From Microgenomates group bacterium GW2011_GWC1_46_15 (GTDB taxonomy: Bacteria; Patescibacteriota; Microgenomatia; UBA1400; UBA12028): a stretch of DNA of 64,000 nucleotides. Positions 47,244 to 54,977 of this stretch are shown here, one piece after another; position 1 is the stretch's first letter, and the number at the start of each line of letters is the position of its first letter. The notes under the pieces are model-generated. The model worked only from the letters and a program-made list of their open reading frames with translations. It was not told where the DNA came from and searched no databases. The DNA lies in contig LCLX01000002.1 of the NCBI GenBank assembly GCA_001002285.1, positions 131,827 through 195,826 of the forward strand, in the 5' to 3' direction. The position numbers were made by a program, and so were the translations under genes.

Positions 47244-47771
47244 ATGGCATACGTTTTCAACTTTTACACACAGATTATTGACATAACAAATCCGCAGACA
47301 ACCGTGGTGATTCAAGACTTGATTAACGAGATCCGCACCCAGGAATCTTCGGCTACCGGTATGGCATATCCAAAAATCGCCGATGCAGGAGGAAAGGATA
47401 ATCTTGGAGGCGGAGTGAGTACAGGCATAACCATCACACTCTACCCAGACTGGCAGCTCCGTTTTTGGGCAGGAAGCTACATTGCCGATATCACCGGCGG
47501 CAACCTTGTGGGAGGTTTGGGTGGCAATCCATTTGCATATGTTGCGGGCGTACAAATCAAAGTTATTCAGTCTGCCGCTTCAACTATTGTTACCAGTGGC
47601 GGTTCTGCACTCACAACAGCAGAACACGATAAACTCATGTCCGGTCTCGATGCCACCATTCCCCCAGCCGTGTGGGAAGAGCTTCTTGCAAGCCACCAGA
47701 CGGCGGGAACAATGGGCAAAGCGCTCAAAGATATCAAAACAAAAGCAACGCTTGGCGCGATTAGTAAATAG
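47244..47771 (+). CDS. 175-aa signal-less protein, probable partner of the 882-aa protein
   Basis: AGGKDNLGGGVSTGIT, ITGGNLVG; C-terminal AVWEELLASHQTAGTMGKAL; TGCTATAAT 6 nt before ATG. Confidence 0.72.
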   Translation: MAYVFNFYTQIIDITNPQTTVVIQDLINEIRTQESSATGMAYPKIADAGGKDNLGGGVSTGITITLYPDWQLRFWAGSYIADITGGNLVGGLGGNPFAYVAGVQIKVIQSAASTIVTSGGSALTTAEHDKLMSGLDATIPPAVWEELLASHQTAGTMGKALKDIKTKATLGAISK

Positions 47772-47863
47772 TATAATTTTTTCTTCAAGACGTCTCTTGT
47801 TTTTCTCCTCTAATCTGCTTATGATGAATATCAGATTGTTGTATAGGAAAAAAGGAGGAAGAT

Positions 47864-48034
47864 ATGTTCCAAAATATCGGCACAACGGAAGTTGCCATTG
47901 TCGCGGTGCTTCTTTTGCTCTTGTTCGGAGGAAAAAAACTTCCAGAGCTTGGCAAAGGATTGGGTGAGGCAGCGCGTGAAATCCGCAAAGCGTTTACCGA
48001 GGACGATGCGTCTGAGAAGAAAAAGAAGTCATAA
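47864..48034 (+). CDS. tatA: TatA/E family translocase subunit (copy 3, 56 aa; not in ORF track)
   Basis: MFQNIGTTEVAIVAVLLLLLFGGKKLPELGKGLGEAAREIRKAF...; AAGGAGG SD. Confidence 0.93.
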   Translation: MFQNIGTTEVAIVAVLLLLLFGGKKLPELGKGLGEAAREIRKAFTEDDASEKKKKS

Positions 48035-48048
48035 AGAAAGGACTCGAT

Positions 48049-48189
48049 ATGTTTGCAAATATTGGCTTGAGAGAAATTCTCGTTTTGGTGTTGATCGCCG
48101 TGCTCCTGTTCAAAGGAGGAGAGTTGCTCCCAAGACTCATTCGCGGACTGGGTGATGCGGTACGCGAGTTCCGTAAATCATCCCGGTAA
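48049..48189 (+). CDS. tatA: divergent TatA/B family subunit (copy 4, 46 aa; not in ORF track)
   Basis: MFANIGLREILVLVLIAVLLFKGGELLPRLIRGLGDAVREFRKSSR; AAAGGA SD; altered hinge FKGG. Confidence 0.85.
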   Translation: MFANIGLREILVLVLIAVLLFKGGELLPRLIRGLGDAVREFRKSSR

Positions 48190-48233
48190 CAATATAAAGG
48201 GGACGCGACCCATAGGGGATGTAACTTACCCGC

Positions 48234-50873
48234 ATGCAACATACTGCCGTAGCTATTAGGCGTTGGGTGATTGCTTTCGTTTGCAGTGTTTTGTTGTTCT
48301 CTCTTCTCTTTTTCTCCTCATCTCCAGTTCGCGCTATTAGTGCGGAGTATCAACAATGCCCCGTCAATACCAGTTGTACCGTTGGCGAGTTCTTATATGC
48401 CGATGACTACTCGCCCATTGCCGGTGCCACATGCACATACACCGCGCGCAAACCCGATGGAACGTTGTTTTTAAACGCCGTTGCCATGTCCGAAAGTTCG
48501 GATGGATGGTACGCATATAGCGTGAACGCCACAGGCGCGGTTTCTGGTCTCTACCGCGGAACCATCTGTTGTACTCCACCCGCCGACGCCCAAGTGTGTT
48601 TGGAAAAAAGTTTTGTTGTTGGCCCAGCGGACATGACCGCTACGGATGTCGCAAACGCGGTGTGGGATGCAACGCGCAGTTCACATACGACAACCGGTAG
48701 TTTTGGTGAAAATCTCCAGAACGCTACATCAATTACCGCCGCCGATGTTTGGAATTACTCGAGTAGAACGCTTTCTGGATTTGGCACACTGGCGAGCGAT
48801 GTGTGGGCAAACTCCACCCGCACGCTTTCTGGATTTGGTGATTTGGTATCGAGTATAACATCAAGCATTTGGGGAAATTCTTCAAGAACACTCACCAGCG
48901 GAACACTGAGCAATAGCGAATCGCTCGTAACTTCCTCGAGCACCACACAAAACATTACCGTTACCTACAACACCATTTCGCAACAACTCACCGAAACGCG
49001 GAGTTTGCTTGAGCGAGTCATTAATCAGCCCACTATTCAGTCATTTATTGATGATAAACCAACCGAAAGTCTTGAGTCTAAACTGCAAAAAACCGAGTCT
49101 ATGCTCCTTCAGGTGCAAGAACAGTCTACGCGAGCAATGAACACTATTGACCTCCTTGGTTTAACATGGTCAAGCGTCCAGCCAGATCAACTCACCCAAA
49201 AACTGTCCGATACTACAAAACTTTTAGGAACAAATCCTGATGATCCACACCCAGAAACGATGCTTGACAATGCACACATCCTCGCGTCACTCTGGAATAG
49301 CCTTGTCTTATCAAGCCTTTCGGATCAAACACAAGCAGCGCTGGTTTCTGCAAAGTCTGCGGAACAACAAGCGAAAAGCTCCGGAAAATCGTCTGCTACG
49401 CGCCAATCCCTTCAGGAAACATCAAAATTCCTCACTACGTTGACGCAACTCCTCGGTACCCCCGAAGATGCGTATACAAAACCAACTGCGTTTGGGTATC
49501 TTCATGATCTTCAACGAAAAGCACAGGCGTTACACGAGCAGGAACAGTCCGCACAAAACCTTCTTTCGGACTGGAAATCTATTGACACAAAAAACAGAAG
49601 CCAGTTGCTTGCCACACTATCCAAAGAAGTGTTTGCGATTAATGCCATTCCGCAAGGAATAGTGCTAACAACTCCCGCAAAGGTAGCACATAGTCCAGAA
49701 ATCAGCCAAAAGAACCAGGCGCTCGGCCTACAAGCGCTCATTTCCGCAAACAAACAGCTTCTCGCGCAAAATGCCAACGATCCGCTTAACTCGTACTGGC
49801 TTGAAGAAGGAAGTGTTATTTTCCGTTTCCTCCTCACCAATCCATCTTCAACCATTCGGCAAGATGTTCCCGTGAAATACTATCTCCCTCCAGAAGTGAT
49901 GAAGGAACACATTCTTACTATTGATACAGGGTTGACTATTGAGTATGACGCGGAAAAAAATACGTATTTTGCTTCTGGAACGTACTCCCTTGCCTCCCAG
50001 GAAACAAAAACAATCTCCATAGAAGTTGAGGATATCTGGGTTATTCAGGATTCGGATCTTCAAGCCATCAAAAAACAGGCCGAGGACCTGCTCAAACCAC
50101 TCCAAAAGACTTCGTACTATGCGCAAGGGGCTCTTTTGAAGTCCGATATTGATGTGGCAGTAGATAAAATCTCCGCAAATCAAAGCAAAGACCGCACACC
50201 AGACGCCCGTATCCGCGCATATCGGGAAAATGAAATCGAGCTGGTTGGTATTAAACAAAACATGAGCGCGCTTAAAAACATTGTTGCATCCGCAAGTTCA
50301 ACGGGCTCCATTTTTGGATTTGTGGGGAGTGTACAGGTTGTTGCTGTATGGGGCATTATCATCGTTCTCCTGGCGGGACTCACATATCTTGCGCTGTACA
50401 TGAAAGCTCTCCGGACAAAAATTGATATGCCAGAAAACTTAGAAAGTGCTTTACAGGGTGCCAATATTCCAACAAAAAGATACTATGAAAAACCCATTCC
50501 TGGCTGGAAGAAGGGCGTGTTTGTTCTTTTGTTTTTCCTTCTTACAGGAACAATTACTTCGGCTGTTTCTTCAGCATTCCTTGTGCAGTCAGACCAACAG
50601 AGTACAAAACAAATCGCTAGCACGACACGGGAAGAAAAACTGACGGTGCTTGGTGCGACAACAAAGGTACAACGTGCTACGTTACAAGGAAAAGTTCAAC
50701 CCGTTCCTATCTATACTTCTCCATCCTCCGAAAGCGAGATGTTGCATAGAATACCGGAAGATATTATCGTACAGATCAAAGGAAAGAAGTTTAATTGGAT
50801 ACAAATTCAATACACTTGGGGCGCGGGTGTATACATTGGCTGGGTACAAGATAACACGTTGAAAAAAGAGTAA
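48234..50873 (+). CDS. 879-aa exported, membrane-anchored multidomain protein with VW-x4-RTL repeats and C-terminal SH3b-like domain
   Basis: Signal peptide (IRRWV...PVRA), Cys-containing beta domain, three VW/IW...RTL repeats, long helical region, two TMs, SH3-like end (WIQIQY...GWVQ). Confidence 0.8.
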   Translation: MQHTAVAIRRWVIAFVCSVLLFSLLFFSSSPVRAISAEYQQCPVNTSCTVGEFLYADDYSPIAGATCTYTARKPDGTLFLNAVAMSESSDGWYAYSVNATGAVSGLYRGTICCTPPADAQVCLEKSFVVGPADMTATDVANAVWDATRSSHTTTGSFGENLQNATSITAADVWNYSSRTLSGFGTLASDVWANSTRTLSGFGDLVSSITSSIWGNSSRTLTSGTLSNSESLVTSSSTTQNITVTYNTISQQLTETRSLLERVINQPTIQSFIDDKPTESLESKLQKTESMLLQVQEQSTRAMNTIDLLGLTWSSVQPDQLTQKLSDTTKLLGTNPDDPHPETMLDNAHILASLWNSLVLSSLSDQTQAALVSAKSAEQQAKSSGKSSATRQSLQETSKFLTTLTQLLGTPEDAYTKPTAFGYLHDLQRKAQALHEQEQSAQNLLSDWKSIDTKNRSQLLATLSKEVFAINAIPQGIVLTTPAKVAHSPEISQKNQALGLQALISANKQLLAQNANDPLNSYWLEEGSVIFRFLLTNPSSTIRQDVPVKYYLPPEVMKEHILTIDTGLTIEYDAEKNTYFASGTYSLASQETKTISIEVEDIWVIQDSDLQAIKKQAEDLLKPLQKTSYYAQGALLKSDIDVAVDKISANQSKDRTPDARIRAYRENEIELVGIKQNMSALKNIVASASSTGSIFGFVGSVQVVAVWGIIIVLLAGLTYLALYMKALRTKIDMPENLESALQGANIPTKRYYEKPIPGWKKGVFVLLFFLLTGTITSAVSSAFLVQSDQQSTKQIASTTREEKLTVLGATTKVQRATLQGKVQPVPIYTSPSSESEMLHRIPEDIIVQIKGKKFNWIQIQYTWGAGVYIGWVQDNTLKKE
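48741..48900 (+). repeat. 54-bp (18-aa) internal repeat
   Basis: ACGCTTTCTGGATTTGG identical at 48768 and 48822; DVWNYSSRTLSGFG / DVWANSTRTLSGFG / SIWGNSSRTLTSG. Confidence 0.85.
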
Positions 50874-50881
50874 GAAGGCGA

Positions 50882-51316
50882 CTACTGCCAAACTCCCTGC
50901 CCTGCAACAACATTAAACAAGAAATGTATAAGCATTGCTCCTACTAGTCCCACAAACACCCACTTTCCTTTATTTGCGATACCAAGCCCCACCGCACCCA
51001 TTGTTACCGCGTGCATGGGTACTGTAAGGAATAGCCTGAAGAGGAGGGGCTCAAGCGATCCAAATTGAATGGCGCTCGGTAAAAAAAGCAGACTCTCAGA
51101 TAGGCCAAAAACTGCTCCAAAAAGGAGGGGGCGGTATGCCTTTCCCTCTGTATTTGTCCATCCAATTACCCGTAGCATGCCATACTTTGCAAACTCTTCA
51201 ACAAACCAAGGAACTGGAATGATGAACTCAAAAGGTACTGCAAATACAGGCAACATGACGGCAAACAGCGTTTGGGAGATAACTTGAGGAATGTTTGGTG
51301 TACGCCGGGCTGGCAT
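50882..51316 (-). CDS. PrsW-family intramembrane glutamic protease (minimal)
   Basis: VEEFAKY, FGLSE, PMH, IHFLFN motifs in the PrsW order; TATACT 6 nt before ATG 51316. Confidence 0.8.
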   Translation of the reverse strand: MPARRTPNIPQVISQTLFAVMLPVFAVPFEFIIPVPWFVEEFAKYGMLRVIGWTNTEGKAYRPLLFGAVFGLSESLLFLPSAIQFGSLEPLLFRLFLTVPMHAVTMGAVGLGIANKGKWVFVGLVGAMLIHFLFNVVAGQGVWQ

Positions 51317-51544
51317 ATATACAGTATACCCAATAACACAACTCTTTTCCTTTACACTCAACTCGTGCAAATATGCTCTCCGCAACTCTTTGGTTTTCTT
51401 TCGTCTATTTTTAACCTGAGTATGTATTGTGCTCAATTTTGGCCTCTTTTTGGTGATTTTTACTACCTTGCCGCGTGAAAACTTATACTCTTTGGTGTTC
51501 TCTCTTTAAACGAGATATCATACATATAAAACCCGTAGAAACTG

Positions 51545-51728
51545 TTTTTACAACTCTTTGCAACTTCTTACAATGCCCGGCCTTCTCCCCAAATCGCGGA
51601 AAATTTTTGCGTTTGATATATTTTTCCTTTTTTCCACACAACCGCCTATTTCCAGAGAAATATGTATTGACAACGGTTGTTTTTTTAGAGTAGTCTGAAG
51701 TTGTACAAAGTTGTAAGAATTTGTAAAG
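51545..51728. promoter_or_regulatory. divergent control region with two phased TTG(T/C)A arrays and a sigma70-like promoter
   Basis: TTGTA at 51701, 51711, 51721 (+); T(A/G)CAA at 51549, 51559, 51569; TTGACA 51667-51672 then 18 bp then TAGTCT 51691-51696. Confidence 0.65.
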
Positions 51729-51736
51729 CATCAGAT

Positions 51737-52285
51737 ATGAATGAAATGTATACCGTCAAACAAGTTGCCGACATTCTTGGATTTTCCACGAACACAGTCT
51801 ACAAATATCTCAATGCTGGGATCATTCATACTTCACGCCCAGGACAGATGAAAAGTCGGTTTCGCATTTCAAAAAAGGCTTTGGAAGACTACCTTGGTGT
51901 TCCAATAGATGAATATAAGAGTGAAAAGCACGCGCGCGTTGAGCCTCTTTTTTCACAAGAGCACAGTTCTTCACAATCTCCGATAGAAACAGTGATCGTT
52001 GATGCAAACGCCCAAAAAATGGGCATTCCTGAGCCTCCTCTCGAGGTAAAGTCTGCTCATGAAGCTGGTACAGAAGACCATGAGGAGCACAATATTGCCC
52101 CATCTTTTGCTCTACGCACCACACGCGCTCTTCTTTTTATTACTTTAATTGGCGTCACATTAAACCTCGCTTTTTTTAGCCTTCCACATCCCATTACGCT
52201 TTTGTCGCAACTCCTGATTCTTTTTGTATTCTTGCTCTTGGCATACCAATATGGCGGAATGCACAAGAAAAAGGCAGTGGTATGA
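51737..52285 (+). CDS. membrane-tethered HTH regulator (Xis/MerR-type HTH_17 plus two C-terminal TMs)
   Basis: MYTVKQVADILGFSTNTVYKYLNAGII...FRISKKALEDYL; acidic linker; two hydrophobic helices. Confidence 0.85.
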   Translation: MNEMYTVKQVADILGFSTNTVYKYLNAGIIHTSRPGQMKSRFRISKKALEDYLGVPIDEYKSEKHARVEPLFSQEHSSSQSPIETVIVDANAQKMGIPEPPLEVKSAHEAGTEDHEEHNIAPSFALRTTRALLFITLIGVTLNLAFFSLPHPITLLSQLLILFVFLLLAYQYGGMHKKKAVV

Positions 52286-52965
52286 AAAAAATTTCACCAG
52301 TTCTCCAGCGTTTTTTCCACCAATGGCAAATATTTTCCCCCGAGAAACAGTTTTCTCTTCTTTCCTCTGTTCTGGGGACATGCGTCGTGGTGATATCTGT
52401 TCTCTCTGTAGGTGTGTTGGCTCAACAGTATAAAATTCACCGCCTCACTACTCAACACATTGCGCTTCTCGAGAAACTCGGCGTTGTATCAACAACAATG
52501 GACGGTATTGCGCGCGATGGAAAATCCGCGATGGTCGCGCAGGAACTCCGCGCACTCCGCGACGAGGTTATTAAGTACCGCGCGGAACAGCAAGGAAGAG
52601 ATCAAATACTTGGCCTTTCTACCGGTCTTAATCTGCCGACACTCACCGATCCTCTTCAATCGCTCTCGAACACGCTCTCGACGCTTGAGGAAGCAACGAT
52701 TGAACCAACACTTACAATACCTCCTACGCAAACGACAAACCAACAAAATACTGGTGCGCACTTGGGAACTGTTTCTCTTCTCGAGGGAAAATCGTGGACA
52801 TCGGTTGACGCATTTGACCAAGCGCTTGCGTCTTCAAAAATTGTTGGCCAACTCGTTGTCCGCGTTTCTTACCCCTACTATGCAAAAGAGAACGGGTGGT
52901 ACCAAGTTGAACTCTCAAATGGGAAAAGAGGGTGGGTTCAAGAACAATTTGTGAAGGAGGACTAG
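52282..52965 (+). CDS. bitopic membrane protein with coiled coil, Thr/Pro linker and C-terminal SH3b-like domain
   Basis: N-terminal TM; KENGWYQVELSNGKRGWVQEQFV; ATGA overlap with upstream gene. Confidence 0.82.
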   Translation: MKKISPVLQRFFHQWQIFSPEKQFSLLSSVLGTCVVVISVLSVGVLAQQYKIHRLTTQHIALLEKLGVVSTTMDGIARDGKSAMVAQELRALRDEVIKYRAEQQGRDQILGLSTGLNLPTLTDPLQSLSNTLSTLEEATIEPTLTIPPTQTTNQQNTGAHLGTVSLLEGKSWTSVDAFDQALASSKIVGQLVVRVSYPYYAKENGWYQVELSNGKRGWVQEQFVKED

Positions 52966-53378
52966 TGCGCCTGTACTCGCTTGCCCGCGCGATCGACCGC
53001 CTTTTTGTGTACTATGCGGTGATTTTTCTCGCCTTTTTTGTGTTTTTGTCATTCAGATCTGGGGTTTCTCCAACACAGTTCCTCATTTTTGTTCTTTTAC
53101 TCCCCGTTATATTTTATTTTTCGCACGCGTTTTGGAAGTACATTTATGGCATTGCTTCCAAAAAGCGTGGAGGGTGGGCGTTTTCATGGAAACACTTTTT
53201 TCTTCAAGACAGCGCACTATTTCTCTTAAGTATTTCTTTGTTTTCTATCGCGGTCAGCATCGCGTTTGTCCGCGTTACAGGTTCGTTTTTCCATACCCTC
53301 CAGGTTGAAGCCATTCAAACACCACAAACAACATCGGCCAAAACATCATTGCAACCGCCAGCAGAGGAAACGCCATGA
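52965..53378 (+). CDS. three-TM membrane protein
   Basis: GTG start overlapping upstream TAG; three hydrophobic segments. Confidence 0.7.
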   Translation: MRLYSLARAIDRLFVYYAVIFLAFFVFLSFRSGVSPTQFLIFVLLLPVIFYFSHAFWKYIYGIASKKRGGWAFSWKHFFLQDSALFLLSISLFSIAVSIAFVRVTGSFFHTLQVEAIQTPQTTSAKTSLQPPAEETP

Positions 53379-54058
53379 CAGGAATGGTTCTTCAGCTCTA
53401 TAGCTTTGTTGTCCTCACGAGTTTAGGCGTATGGATGCTAGAAAAAGCTCAATCTGGCGGAGATGTTTTTCTTGCATCGCTCTTTTTTCCGTTATCAATA
53501 TATCTGGCATTGCGGGTGTTTCACCGCATTGGCGGCGCGTTTGTTTCCCAGCCAAGCCATATCCCACGCGCGAATCCACATCATGAAACACAATTCCACC
53601 CTGCTGAGGGAAATAGCACGCAAACAATACCCACAGAACTCATTCAAGAACTTGAGCCCGACAAGGTTCCCATTGATATTGACCGCCGATTATTCTTAAA
53701 AATGATTGGCTCCGCGGGACTTGGTCTTTTTTTCGTGTCGATTTTCACAGAAAAAACACACGCCGCATTTTTTGGCAGCCTTCCTGGTACTTCTGGTATT
53801 CAGGTTAAAAATAAGCTTGGAGAAAAGATTGACCCCGCAGAAAAATACCCCACAGACGGATACACGATTACTGAAATTGACGATGCGACCTACCCCGCAT
53901 ACTACGGCTTTTTGCATACTTCCGGCGGATGGTACATCACTAAAGAAGCAAGCGACGGATCGTATCGGTATGCAAAGGGAGCATCTGCGTTTTCAACAAG
54001 TTGGGCTCTCCGTAATACAACCGTCACATATGGATATTACGACGCGGTGTTCTCGTAG
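53375..54058 (+). CDS. polytopic protein with two N-terminal TMs, an internal twin-arginine signal and a small exported domain
   Basis: DRRLFLK at 53681-53701, then h-region MIGSAGLGLFFVSIF and THA-A cleavage-like site; immediately upstream of tatC. Confidence 0.85.
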   Translation: MTGMVLQLYSFVVLTSLGVWMLEKAQSGGDVFLASLFFPLSIYLALRVFHRIGGAFVSQPSHIPRANPHHETQFHPAEGNSTQTIPTELIQELEPDKVPIDIDRRLFLKMIGSAGLGLFFVSIFTEKTHAAFFGSLPGTSGIQVKNKLGEKIDPAEKYPTDGYTITEIDDATYPAYYGFLHTSGGWYITKEASDGSYRYAKGASAFSTSWALRNTTVTYGYYDAVFS

Positions 54059-54073
54059 TGTTTGAAGGAATAT

Positions 54074-54805
54074 ATGGCAGAAGAACACTCTCCCGAACAA
54101 ACCGCAGACCTCCTCCGACAAAACATGGTGAAGTATCTCCCCTATCTGCGAGAAGCACAAAAAAGAATGTGGATTACGATTGGTATTTTTATTATTGGTG
54201 GAACGCTCGGATTTTTTGGAAACCAACAGATTTTGGGTTTTGTGATGAAGCGGTTAAACCTCGTTGGGATTAACCTTGTGTTTACCTCTCCAACACAGTT
54301 TATTGATTTGGCATTTCAAACCGGCTTCATTATAGGAGCTCTTCTCGCAATCCCCTATCTTATCTACTGTGTTTTGAGTTTTGTTCTTCCCGCCCTGCGA
54401 AAAAAAGAACGCAGTATTATTCTTTCCCTTCTCCCTCTGAGCCTTGCGCTCACCGTGATCGGATTTGCGTTCGGCGTGTGGATTCAGCAGTTTGTGATCA
54501 CTATTTATTCCCAGACAACAACGAGTTTTAATATCAGCAATATGTGGGATGTTGGCCGTTTTTTCTCTCAGTTTGTGCTCATGGGACTTTCCATGGCACT
54601 TGTTTTCCAGCTTCCTATTGTGTTATCCATTCTCCTCCGCCTTGGGGTCATAAAACGGTCAGTATTGACATCGCGGAGAAGAATTGTGTATGCCGCCATC
54701 ATTATTTTTGCGACGATTCTACCGCCAACCGATATTCTTTCACTTACGCTTATCGTCCTTCCCCTTGTGTTTTTGTTTGAAGGAGCGCTACTATTGAATA
54801 AGTAG
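54074..54805 (+). CDS. tatC: twin-arginine translocase subunit TatC
   Basis: YLREAQKR, FTSPTQF, SFVLPALRKKE, FQLP, RRIVY, PPTDILS, PLVFLFE; six TMs. Confidence 0.95.
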   Translation: MAEEHSPEQTADLLRQNMVKYLPYLREAQKRMWITIGIFIIGGTLGFFGNQQILGFVMKRLNLVGINLVFTSPTQFIDLAFQTGFIIGALLAIPYLIYCVLSFVLPALRKKERSIILSLLPLSLALTVIGFAFGVWIQQFVITIYSQTTTSFNISNMWDVGRFFSQFVLMGLSMALVFQLPIVLSILLRLGVIKRSVLTSRRRIVYAAIIIFATILPPTDILSLTLIVLPLVFLFEGALLLNK

Positions 54806-54821
54806 TAAAGAAAGGAGCGAC

Positions 54822-54968
54822 ATGTTTCAAAATATTGGGACACCCGAGATTGTTATTGTTGCTCTCGTCCTCCTAGTCCTGTTCGGCGGAAAGAAAATCC
54901 CCGAGTTGGTCCGTGGGATTGGCGAGTCTATCCGCGAGTTCCGCAAAGGACTCAAGGACGAAAAGTAG
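54822..54968 (+). CDS. tatA: TatA/E family translocase subunit (copy 5, 48 aa; not in ORF track)
   Basis: MFQNIGTPEIVIVALVLLVLFGGKKIPELVRGIGESIREFRKGLKDEK; AAAGGAG SD. Confidence 0.94.
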   Translation: MFQNIGTPEIVIVALVLLVLFGGKKIPELVRGIGESIREFRKGLKDEK

Positions 54969-54977
54969 TCGCACATC

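Noticed and set aside
40399-47771. Prophage or tailocin interpretation of the virion-like genes
   Set aside because: No terminase, portal, capsid, sheath, tube, tape-measure, lysis or integrase motifs recognised; genes are intact, several have host-type leaderless promoters, and they are interleaved with tat genes
48234-48335. Calling the 879-aa protein a definite Tat substrate
   Set aside because: AIRRWVI lacks the consensus F-L-K and the h-region is strongly hydrophobic (Sec-like); left as a possibility only
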